From NCBI GenBank assembly GCA_045645145.1, contig JAZRIG010000040.1:4320-68319 (forward strand): a DNA stretch of 64,000 bases. The letters are read 5' to 3'. Below the pieces are notes generated by a model. It saw nothing but the letters and a program-made list of their open reading frames with translations. It did not search any database and was not told where the DNA came from. Shown here in pieces: positions 39,330 through 47,320 of this stretch. Numbering within the stretch: the stretch's first letter is position 1; each line of letters opens with the position of its first letter. Origin of the DNA: Acutalibacteraceae bacterium (GTDB taxonomy: Bacteria; Bacillota; Clostridia; Oscillospirales; Acutalibacteraceae). Made by a program: the position numbers and the translations under genes.

Positions 39330-41267
39330 CTATTTCTCTTTTTCTACTATAACATTATCTTTATATGATTTGCTGCCCATTTTGCCGTACCACACAACGT
39401 ATTTACCAAAATCCTCCCAGCTGTGAACCGGACTGCTGTCAGTAAATACGGTTTTAAACACACCTTTTTCGAGTGCGGAATATTTATTGACATAGATATT
39501 CTTGAAATATTCGTAGAAATTATATTCCGTCACGCATTCGCTTGTTTCTTCCGAAGGTTTTCTGATAATTGCCTTTTGGTAGCAAAGAAGCTGAGAAAGA
39601 ACCGCCTCATCCTTAATAACAGTGTTCAGATACGGAAGCATTTCTTCATAAAACTTATCAACGCTGCCGCTGACATGCAAGAACATATACTCATAATGAT
39701 CCCACACAAGATTTCCGACAAAAGGCACAAGAAACTTGGGGGTTTCACCATCGGCAAGCTTTGCAAACGAAGCTTTAACCGTGTTGTAAAACTCTTCGAA
39801 GAAGGGAGTGTTTCCGTTTTCGATATACTCCATGAGCCCTTCATAAAAGCTTCTGTAGCCTATCCCAAGCTCATAAAAAGCATATATTGCAAAGCAACGC
39901 AACAAACCGCAGGCATGCATCGCCTGGGTAAAACCTGCAAACAAAGAGCTTCTCTGCCACATATTGCACGGCATTGTATCCGTTTGCGTTATTATGTTGA
40001 TTTTCTCCGGTATATAATATGCATCTGCCGTGCAATGAAAACGGACTATTTCGGAACAAGAGGTTTTTATTCCGTGTTTTTCAATATATTCTTTCTGACC
40101 AAGCTCGGAATTCGGGAGCACTATGCAATGATAAACTTCAAAAATAAAGTGCTGGCCTATCTCAAAAAGCTTGCAGATACCGTCCGCAAAGCTGTCATAG
40201 GTTTCACCCGGCAAGCCGAGAATGAGTTCGGAATATACCTGAAGCTTTTCCTCATGATACAGGCTGAAACTTTTCTGAAAGCTCTCGAGCGACATGTTTT
40301 TGCGCCCGATATTCTCAAGAACAACAGGAGAAAGACTCTGGAGCGATATTGTTGCCCCTTCTCTGTCTATCCCCTTTCGGTTAAATCTGCGAACTATTTC
40401 GCGCACGCGTTCGGAATTACCTTTTGAATAATTGATTCTTACCCTTTCGGGATAACTGTATTTTTCCTTAGCCGCAACAAGCGCATCAGCAATTATCAAA
40501 TCGTTTTTGCCGATTCCGAAATTGGCATCCGCGCCCCAAACAAAGCGAATTTTATTTTTACCTATCCATTCAATCTCAGCTAAAACCTTTTCAATGGAAA
40601 AGAAACGCGTCTTTCCTTTGAGCGGACCCCAATCACAATATGCGCAGGAATTAGGGCATCCGCGGCTTGTTTCGAGAATAGTATTAAATTCATAATCGGG
40701 ATATTTTTCAAAAAAGCCGTCAAACCACCCGTCAAGATAAGGTGAGGCATAGTCCTCGCTGCAAATTGACTTCCTTTCAGTCATTAAACAGCCGTTTTCC
40801 GTTCGGCAAGCAATATTTGCAACGTCTGCAGCATTGCCCGAAACAAGTGCTTCAAGCAGATTACCGAAGGTTATTTCTCCCTCGCCGAAGCATAGAAAAT
40901 CAACCTGAGGATTGTCTGCAAGAAATGAAGTATCCTGCGGAATATTGTGGCCGCCAAAAACTGTTACGCATTCCGGAAACTTCTTTTTTATCGCAGCGGC
41001 AAGCGCAAGATGATATTCGGTATTCCAACAATAGTTTGAGAAGCCGACAACTGACGGATTTTCCATTTCTTCAACAGCTGTCTCTATCTCCTTGCGGATA
41101 AAGACAAAATCTTTGAATTCGTATGCAGAAGCAACTATATGATTTTTCCATGCATTTGCAATTATAACACCTGAAGTATAGGGCAGATAAACGACCTTGG
41201 CATTTTTACCTGAAGAAACATCAACCTGAACAAAGTAAACATTTCTTTTATTATGCAAAGAATTCAT
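39330..41267 (-). CDS. Cobalamin-binding radical SAM enzyme, paralog 5
   Basis: YLPYTSG, FSNYCWN, FGGH, GEGE, ETSRGCPNSCAYCDW, DANFG, ELILGLPGET. Confidence 0.92.
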   Translation of the reverse strand: MNSLHNKRNVYFVQVDVSSGKNAKVVYLPYTSGVIIANAWKNHIVASAYEFKDFVFIRKEIETAVEEMENPSVVGFSNYCWNTEYHLALAAAIKKKFPECVTVFGGHNIPQDTSFLADNPQVDFLCFGEGEITFGNLLEALVSGNAADVANIACRTENGCLMTERKSICSEDYASPYLDGWFDGFFEKYPDYEFNTILETSRGCPNSCAYCDWGPLKGKTRFFSIEKVLAEIEWIGKNKIRFVWGADANFGIGKNDLIIADALVAAKEKYSYPERVRINYSKGNSERVREIVRRFNRKGIDREGATISLQSLSPVVLENIGRKNMSLESFQKSFSLYHEEKLQVYSELILGLPGETYDSFADGICKLFEIGQHFIFEVYHCIVLPNSELGQKEYIEKHGIKTSCSEIVRFHCTADAYYIPEKINIITQTDTMPCNMWQRSSLFAGFTQAMHACGLLRCFAIYAFYELGIGYRSFYEGLMEYIENGNTPFFEEFYNTVKASFAKLADGETPKFLVPFVGNLVWDHYEYMFLHVSGSVDKFYEEMLPYLNTVIKDEAVLSQLLCYQKAIIRKPSEETSECVTEYNFYEYFKNIYVNKYSALEKGVFKTVFTDSSPVHSWEDFGKYVVWYGKMGSKSYKDNVIVEKEK

Positions 41268-41291
41268 CTCCTTTTACTGACATGACTAAAG

Positions 41292-42221
41292 TCATTCTTC
41301 TGTTACGGCCTTTTTACTGATTTTTTGTCTGACTGCACCGTATACTTTTTCAACAAGCTCATTTATAAATGTTTTTTCTGAACAGCACATTATAAACATC
41401 ATCAGCAAACCTGCAGTGACAGCCATGGGAATCATTCTGCTGCCCATCATAAGCGGAGGTACTAAGAGTACCGCAGGAACAAAATAACCCAGTACTTCAA
41501 CCGCATTTTTTTTGTTTTTAAGCGACAAAGCAGCCAACACAACGAGAGCAACGAACAATACTGCTCCTGCAATGGAAAAAATCCAGAAAATCTTAAACGC
41601 TTCAAAAGAAATGGTGAAACGGCGCTCATATTCGGCATAAATAACAGAAGCAAGCATTACTGCCTCACAAACAGCAAAAACAACTTTTTCCTTTGTTTTG
41701 TTAACCTGAGGTTCTTCTTTTAATGCTTTCTTTTTAGAAAGTTTCTTTTCTTTTTCAAACAATCCGGCAAATATAACCATGGATACGCCCATTGAAGCGG
41801 GTATGCATGTGACCGCAGCAAATTCGAAAAACAAAGCCAAAATAACACTTATAACCGCAACTGCAATGATTAAATAAAAATTTTTAAACATCAAAAACAT
41901 TATTGAAATTGCTATTGTGAATATCAAAGATTCATTATTCACAACGCCACCATTAACAAGAAACGCCAAAGCATAAAGCAATGCAATTATTCCGACTATA
42001 TCGCGTCCTTCAAGATCCTTTGCGCCGTTGCTTGAAAAATATGCGCAAAAAAGCAATGAAAACGCTACAGCAGAAGCAACAGTAAGCAAAATAATATTCA
42101 TTCCAACGGTTCCGATATCATATATCTCAAAAATTGTTTTTGCGCACACAAGAACAAAAACAACAACAGCCGTTATGACGGTGTTTTTATTTATTGACGG
42201 AAATTTTTTTAACATATTCAT
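41292..42221 (-). CDS. Polytopic membrane protein of unknown function
   Basis: Many hydrophobic segments with a Lys-rich loop; GAGG RBS; ATGA overlap with paralog 6. Confidence 0.75.
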   Translation of the reverse strand: MNMLKKFPSINKNTVITAVVVFVLVCAKTIFEIYDIGTVGMNIILLTVASAVAFSLLFCAYFSSNGAKDLEGRDIVGIIALLYALAFLVNGGVVNNESLIFTIAISIMFLMFKNFYLIIAVAVISVILALFFEFAAVTCIPASMGVSMVIFAGLFEKEKKLSKKKALKEEPQVNKTKEKVVFAVCEAVMLASVIYAEYERRFTISFEAFKIFWIFSIAGAVLFVALVVLAALSLKNKKNAVEVLGYFVPAVLLVPPLMMGSRMIPMAVTAGLLMMFIMCCSEKTFINELVEKVYGAVRQKISKKAVTEE

Positions 42222-44161
42222 CCCTCTTTAATTAAATTTTGCACTTGAGGCTTATAACAATCGGAGGTGTAAAGGGCAGTTGCCTGATTTCTGCCGTACC
42301 ACACAACCTTGCAGGCATACTCATAAAGATTGCCGCAGGGAATATTGTCCTCCAAAGATATAAGCGTTTCTTTTTTTTCAAGAGGAGCATAGTTGCCCTC
42401 ATAAATGCGTCTGAAATAATTATAAAAATCATATTCACAGTGTATTTCATATCGGCCACCGGAATTAACTCTTTTTAATATCTGCCGCTGATAGTCAAAC
42501 ACCGCTTTCATTTCGTCGGTCATACCGAATTTATCTGCCGCAAAACACTCAAGCTCACTAAACACAGCATCTGCTTTTTCCAGACATTTCAGAAAATATA
42601 TTTCATCAAACTGCCAGCATATATCTCCGAGAGATTCGCAGGCAACTGCCCATGCATTTTCTCCTCGCGCCATTCCTCGGGCAAACTCCGATATTAAAGA
42701 ATAAATTTCTCCGCACACCGTGTTTGTGTTTTTTTGCGAAAACTCGGCAATGCCGGAATAAATATCAAAATAACTTATCCCCTTTTCGTTTCGCAAATAA
42801 AGAGCAACTGTTCTGAAAAAGCCGATATTATGAAAAGCCTGAACAATGCATGCAAAAGCAACGCAACAAATCCAGTCCTCCACGCTTAACGCATCGGTTT
42901 TTATAACGGTTGTATTATACTCTTGAATTTCATGCTTCTCCAAAGCGCTGCAATGCGCCTGAAAAAACGGAGTTTTAACCGTCTTTATACCAAACCTTTC
43001 AACAAATTCAGGCGCTCCCATTTCAGAATTCGGAAGCAAATCGCAGGTATAAACCTGAATCGCCTGATGCTGGCCGTATTCAAGCAAATCGCAAAGCCCG
43101 CGGGTAAAGCTTTCTTTTGTTTCACCCGGCAAACCGAGAATAAGCTCGGAGGAGGTTGAGATTCCGCAGCGGCTGTATTCATTCATAAGCTTACGGAAGT
43201 GCTCAAGTGATATGTTTTTTCTTCCTATATTTTCCAACACCTGCGGCGAAAGACTTTGAAAAGAAAGAGTTTGGGCCTTGTCTAAACCGTATTTGTGGAA
43301 TCTTGTGCAGATTTTTTTAACAAAATCAGTTCTGTTTTTTGTAAAGCAAGCCCTGAAATTCTTGGGATATCCTGTTGCTTTTTTCAGAGATATGATATAT
43401 TCCGCAATTTCTTCGTCTCTGTCAACAATTCCGAAATTGCCGTCAGCGCAATAAACATATTCTATTTTGTGAGCGGCAATCCAATCCAACTCGGCTTTTA
43501 TACGCTCCATCGGAAAAAGACGCACTCTGCTGCCAAGAGTGCCCCAGTCGCAAAAAGCGCATTTAAAAGGACAGCCGCGGTTAGTTTCCAGAATGGCTGA
43601 AAAGCTTGTTCCCTCATTAAGAATATCGTCAAAAACTCCGCTGAGATAGGGCGACGGATATTCGCTTAAACAAAACGGCATTTCCTCCGTTTTGAAATAT
43701 TCGTTTCCTTTGCGATAAGCAATGTTTGCTATGCCGTCCAGACTCCCGTTTTCCAGCAAGGCCAAGACCAACTGTCTGAAAGCTTCTTCTCCTTCACGGT
43801 ATATAAGAACATCGGCATGAGGGCAATCGTCAAAAGTTTCAAAATCACGCAAAACACTGTGACCGCCAAAAACAATAATAACCTGCGGATAGGCCTTCTT
43901 GAGCGCTTGCGCAAGAGCTTTGTTATATTCATAATTCCATACTGAGCATGAAAAAGCAACAATAAACGGATCTTTTATTCTTTCAATTGCCGCGTTTATC
44001 GGCTCATGGGTGTAAATAAAACCTGACAACCTGCATGACACTTTAATTCTTTCGTCATCAAAAGCATAAGCGGCAATGCAGCCCGATGCGTACGGAATAT
44101 AAACAGACCTTCGCTCATTGCCGTAAACATTATTAGCCTGAACGAAATAAATGTTTTTCAT
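42218..44161 (-). CDS. Cobalamin-binding radical SAM enzyme, paralog 6
   Basis: YIPYASG, FSCSVWN, FGGH, REGE, ETNRGCPFKCAFCDW, DGNFG, ELILGLPGET; ATG 44161 after GAAAGGAG. Confidence 0.92.
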   Translation of the reverse strand: MKNIYFVQANNVYGNERRSVYIPYASGCIAAYAFDDERIKVSCRLSGFIYTHEPINAAIERIKDPFIVAFSCSVWNYEYNKALAQALKKAYPQVIIVFGGHSVLRDFETFDDCPHADVLIYREGEEAFRQLVLALLENGSLDGIANIAYRKGNEYFKTEEMPFCLSEYPSPYLSGVFDDILNEGTSFSAILETNRGCPFKCAFCDWGTLGSRVRLFPMERIKAELDWIAAHKIEYVYCADGNFGIVDRDEEIAEYIISLKKATGYPKNFRACFTKNRTDFVKKICTRFHKYGLDKAQTLSFQSLSPQVLENIGRKNISLEHFRKLMNEYSRCGISTSSELILGLPGETKESFTRGLCDLLEYGQHQAIQVYTCDLLPNSEMGAPEFVERFGIKTVKTPFFQAHCSALEKHEIQEYNTTVIKTDALSVEDWICCVAFACIVQAFHNIGFFRTVALYLRNEKGISYFDIYSGIAEFSQKNTNTVCGEIYSLISEFARGMARGENAWAVACESLGDICWQFDEIYFLKCLEKADAVFSELECFAADKFGMTDEMKAVFDYQRQILKRVNSGGRYEIHCEYDFYNYFRRIYEGNYAPLEKKETLISLEDNIPCGNLYEYACKVVWYGRNQATALYTSDCYKPQVQNLIKEG

Positions 44162-44197
44162 TGCCGCTCCTTTCAATATCAAGATATAATTAAATAT

Positions 44198-44226
44198 ATT
44201 ATAATACCGAAAAGATATAATGTCAA
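44198..44226 (-). promoter_or_regulatory. Consensus sigma-A promoter for rSAM6-membrane protein-rSAM5
   Basis: Minus strand TTGACA (44226-44221)-17 bp-TATAAT (44203-44198). Confidence 0.85.
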
Positions 44227-44249
44227 TAAAGTCAAAAATTTTAGCTTTA

Positions 44250-44278
44250 TTGACTAACCGATAAAAATGTGGTAAAGT
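44250..44278 (+). promoter_or_regulatory. Divergent sigma-A promoter for SDR gene
   Basis: TTGACT-17 bp-TAAAGT with extended TG. Confidence 0.65.
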
Positions 44279-44301
44279 ATCTGTCAAGGAAGTGAATTTT
44301 T

Positions 44302-45237
44302 ATGCTTAATATTCTTGTTACCGGCGGCGCAGGCTATATCGGCTCCGTTCTCGTTCCCCTGCTTTTATCAAAGGGTTGCCGCGTTACGGTTCTTGACAAT
44401 TTTTTCTATAATCAAAGCTCATTGCTTGAATGCTGCGCAAATCCCAATTTTGAAATAATAAACGCGGACGCACGCAACGAAAATGCGGTTAAAGATGCTA
44501 TAAAAGGCAAAGATTATATTATTCCGCTTGCTGCGCTTGCAGGTTTTCCGATTTGCGATAAAGAAGCATGCTCGGCATACTCAATTAATCTTGATGCGAT
44601 AAAGATGATTCTGCGTCTGAGAGATAAAGGTCAAAGAATAATATTTCCCTGCACAAACAGCGGATACGGCCTTGGCGAAGGCGAAAAATTCTGCACAGAA
44701 AAATCGCCGATTAAACCTATTTCCATTTACGGAAAAAGCAAAGTGGAAGCAGAAGCGGCCGTTCTCAGCGAAAGCGGAACAACAGCATTCAGATTTGCAA
44801 CTCTTTTTGGCGCATCGCCGAGAATGAGAACCGATCTGCTCGTTAATGATTTTGTGTACAGAGCAGTTTTTGACCGAACACTTGTTATTTTTGAAGGAAA
44901 TTTCAAAAGAAACTACCTTCATGTCAGAGATGCGGCAAATGCTTTTTGGTTTGCAATTGAAAACTTTGAAAAAATGGAGGGCGGAACTCACAACTGCGGC
45001 CTTTCTGACTCTAATCTTTCCAAAATTGAGCTTTGCGAAAAAATAAAAACCATTTTGCCGAAATTCATTTATATTGAAGCTCCTATAGGAGAGGACCCTG
45101 ACAAACGCAACTACATTGTATCAAACGAAAAGCTTGAAGCTCTCGGCTGGAAGCCTCTTTATTCCCTGGACGACGGCATAAAAGAGCTTACAAAGACCTA
45201 TCAGATAATAAAGAACAATCAATATTCCAACATATAA
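44302..45237 (+). CDS. NAD-dependent SDR, Cj1427-like GDP-D-glycero-D-manno-heptose 4-dehydrogenase
   Basis: TGGAGYIGS, IIPLAA, P.TNSGYG.GE, PISIYG.SK, SPRMR.DLLVNDF, GEDPDKR.Y.VSN.KLEA.GW; motif set recalled from Campylobacter Cj1427. Confidence 0.8.
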   Translation: MLNILVTGGAGYIGSVLVPLLLSKGCRVTVLDNFFYNQSSLLECCANPNFEIINADARNENAVKDAIKGKDYIIPLAALAGFPICDKEACSAYSINLDAIKMILRLRDKGQRIIFPCTNSGYGLGEGEKFCTEKSPIKPISIYGKSKVEAEAAVLSESGTTAFRFATLFGASPRMRTDLLVNDFVYRAVFDRTLVIFEGNFKRNYLHVRDAANAFWFAIENFEKMEGGTHNCGLSDSNLSKIELCEKIKTILPKFIYIEAPIGEDPDKRNYIVSNEKLEALGWKPLYSLDDGIKELTKTYQIIKNNQYSNI

Positions 45238-45238
45238 A

Positions 45239-45270
45239 AAGAACCGTCTCACTCTATTGAGACGGTTCTT
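45239..45270. terminator. Bidirectional terminator
   Basis: AAGAACCGTCTCA-ctctat-TGAGACGGTTCTT 13-bp stem between convergent genes. Confidence 0.85.
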
Positions 45271-45274
45271 CATT

Positions 45275-46504
45275 TTAAAATGTTCCGAGATTGTACCGTA
45301 TACTGAAAGCATAGAACGCAAACATGAGCACAAGAACAAATTTATTGTTAGAAAAAAAGCTCTTCATTTTGTTCATAACAGCCTCAAACGGCTCGTCGTG
45401 CTTATAAAACATATAGAAACACAGTAAAAACTGATTAATTACTCCTGCTGCAATCCACCTTATCGGATCTGTGGAAAGAATTACAGAAATCGGTATAAAA
45501 AACGTTGAAAGCATAAAACAGGCATAAACAAACCTGCGACTTTTGTTTTTGGTATTTCTTATGCTCATTATCCATATTATCCAGAACATTGCAATTACCG
45601 GAAGTACTGCAATCGCAAGCGTAACCAAGCCGGACAAATTGTTTTCATAAACAAGCATATATTTGGCCATGGTAATAACAAAATCTATTGGAGAATATTC
45701 CGGCAGAGGCTTCTCAAAGGTTATTTTAGCGGCAACTGCATCATTATACAAATAAAGTTTAAAATATTCAACAAAATCATAACCTATTTTATAACCTGCT
45801 TTTTCATTAGCGCGCTGCCATAACTCATCAAAACTCACAACCATTGTTTCGTTGCCTATAAAAGCACAGTAAAAAGTCAGTGCAACGGTAACGATAACTG
45901 TTATGCAGAAAAGAATGATATCCGCCGCTTTCTTTTCCTTACTTTCGGCTAGATAAAGAATAACAAGAATAACTATCGGGAAATACGATATTGTGAACGA
46001 ATAGTTAACAAACACTCCTGCGGCACACAAAAGTGGAGTAAGCCATCGCAAATATTTATTTTGAGCAAAAACAATCGCCAATAATGCAAAGATATACATA
46101 TAAATATCCAGCATTCCGAAAAATTTTGAAAAACCGTACAAAGTAAAAGAACCCGAAACAAAAAACAAAATAAATGCATATACAGGCATCTTCATTTCAT
46201 TCTTTGCAGCTTTAACAAAATGACCGATAACAACAGCTGTAAGCAACAGCGTCAGAAACAAAACAATGCGTGCAAAGCTGTTGATCCAAGCCTCTGTGGG
46301 TTTATCGGTAAACAAACTGACAATAGAACCGATTAGAAGCCTGGATGTTTTGCCCATTGAAAAATCAACAAGATAATAAACATAAAAGCTCCTTAACATT
46401 CCTTTAAGCTCTTCAATATTAAACAAAACCTGAATGCAAAGAAGCGCAAAAACACCTAATTCATATTTACAGCGTTCAAAAATATCAGCTGCCTTTGTTC
46501 TCAT
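45275..46504 (-). CDS. Polytopic membrane protein, putative GT-C-fold glycosyltransferase
   Basis: About 10 TM segments; first loop YLVDFSMG..SRLLIG; large external loop; late TDPIRW; ATG 46504 after GGCGGTGA. CDS is solid, function inferred. Confidence 0.6.
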   Translation of the reverse strand: MRTKAADIFERCKYELGVFALLCIQVLFNIEELKGMLRSFYVYYLVDFSMGKTSRLLIGSIVSLFTDKPTEAWINSFARIVLFLTLLLTAVVIGHFVKAAKNEMKMPVYAFILFFVSGSFTLYGFSKFFGMLDIYMYIFALLAIVFAQNKYLRWLTPLLCAAGVFVNYSFTISYFPIVILVILYLAESKEKKAADIILFCITVIVTVALTFYCAFIGNETMVVSFDELWQRANEKAGYKIGYDFVEYFKLYLYNDAVAAKITFEKPLPEYSPIDFVITMAKYMLVYENNLSGLVTLAIAVLPVIAMFWIIWIMSIRNTKNKSRRFVYACFMLSTFFIPISVILSTDPIRWIAAGVINQFLLCFYMFYKHDEPFEAVMNKMKSFFSNNKFVLVLMFAFYAFSIRYNLGTF

Positions 46505-46527
46505 TAAATCACCGCCTTTGAGATATA

Positions 46528-46556
46528 ATATTATCATTAAAAAAACGCCTTGTCAA
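46528..46556 (-). promoter_or_regulatory. Sigma-A promoter of GT-C-like gene
   Basis: Minus strand TTGACA (46556-46551)-17 bp-TAATAT with extended TG. Confidence 0.6.
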
Positions 46557-46570
46557 CCAACGACAAGGCG
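46539..46570 (-). terminator. Terminator of amino-acid ABC operon
   Basis: Minus strand CGCCTTGTC-7 nt-GACAAGGCG then T7. Confidence 0.85.
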
Positions 46571-46576
46571 ATTCGC

Positions 46577-47320
46577 TTAAATAAGAACCTTTGAAAGAAA
46601 ATCCTTAAGTCTGGGGTTTTTAGGATTCGCAAAAAACTCTTCAGGGGTGTTTTCTTCCATGATAACACCCTCATCCATAAACACAACTCTTGAACCGACT
46701 TCTTTTGCAAAGCCCATTTCGTGGGTAACAACAACCATTGTCATGCCCGACTGTGCAAGCTCTTTCATAACATCAAGCACCTCGCCAACCATTTCCGGGT
46801 CAAGCGCTGACGTCGGTTCATCAAAAAGCATTACTTCAGGATTCATTGCGAGCGCACGCACAATTGCTACCCTCTGCTTTTGACCGCCGGAAAGCTGCGA
46901 CGGGTATGCATTCGCCTTTTCTTCAAGTCCGACCCTTTTCAGAAGCTCTATAGCCCTTTGCTCTGCTTCTGCCTTCTTCATTATGCCAAGCTTAACAGGC
47001 GCAAGGGTAATATTTTTGAGAATTGTGTGGTTATTGAAAAGATTAAATTGCTGGAAAACCATGCCCATTTTTTCGCGGTGCTTATTGATATTAACCTTTT
47101 TATCGGTTATATCAACACCGTTAAGCTCGATTGTGCCGCCCGAAGGCTCTTCAAGGCGGTTAAGACAACGCAGAAAGGTTGACTTACCTGAACCGGAAGG
47201 ACCGATAACAACAACAACCTCGCCTTTTTTAATCTCGGTATTGATGCCTTTGAGAACTTCTAAAGAGCCGAAATTTTTCTGAAGCCCCGTTACTCTTATC
47301 AGAACATTATCAGTGGTCAC
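46577..47320 (-). CDS. Polar amino acid ABC transporter ATP-binding protein (GlnQ-like)
   Basis: [30 protein letters not shown]; GTG 47320 after AGGAGG. Confidence 0.93.
   Translation of the reverse strand: MTTDNVLIRVTGLQKNFGSLEVLKGINTEIKKGEVVVVIGPSGSGKSTFLRCLNRLEEPSGGTIELNGVDITDKKVNINKHREKMGMVFQQFNLFNNHTILKNITLAPVKLGIMKKAEAEQRAIELLKRVGLEEKANAYPSQLSGGQKQRVAIVRALAMNPEVMLFDEPTSALDPEMVGEVLDVMKELAQSGMTMVVVTHEMGFAKEVGSRVVFMDEGVIMEENTPEEFFANPKNPRLKDFLSKVLI

Noticed and set aside
39423-40427. 334-aa plus-strand ORF
   Set aside because: Antisense shadow of rSAM paralog 5 with no motifs or RBS.
35171-42378. A8/T8 runs in rSAM3, rSAM4 and rSAM6 as phase-variation tracts
   Set aside because: Short Lys-codon runs of this length occur throughout the window, and all frames are intact.
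30680-44161. Assigning the radical SAMs to BchE, HpnP/HpnR, MiaB/RimO or anaerobic coproporphyrinogen oxidase
   Set aside because: No TRAM/UPF0004 cysteines and no photosynthesis or hopanoid genes nearby; a specific gene symbol cannot be supported.
44162-44287. Long N-terminal extensions given by the ORF track (rSAM6, also rSAM4, GT2, GlnQ, DUF975-like)
   Set aside because: The extensions run through promoters, terminators or neighbouring genes; downstream starts have RBSs and match paralog N-termini.
28005-46570. Locus as a mobile genomic island or prophage cargo
   Set aside because: No integrase, transposase, tRNA or flanking direct repeats seen; only the GT2 and membrane genes look somewhat AT-richer.
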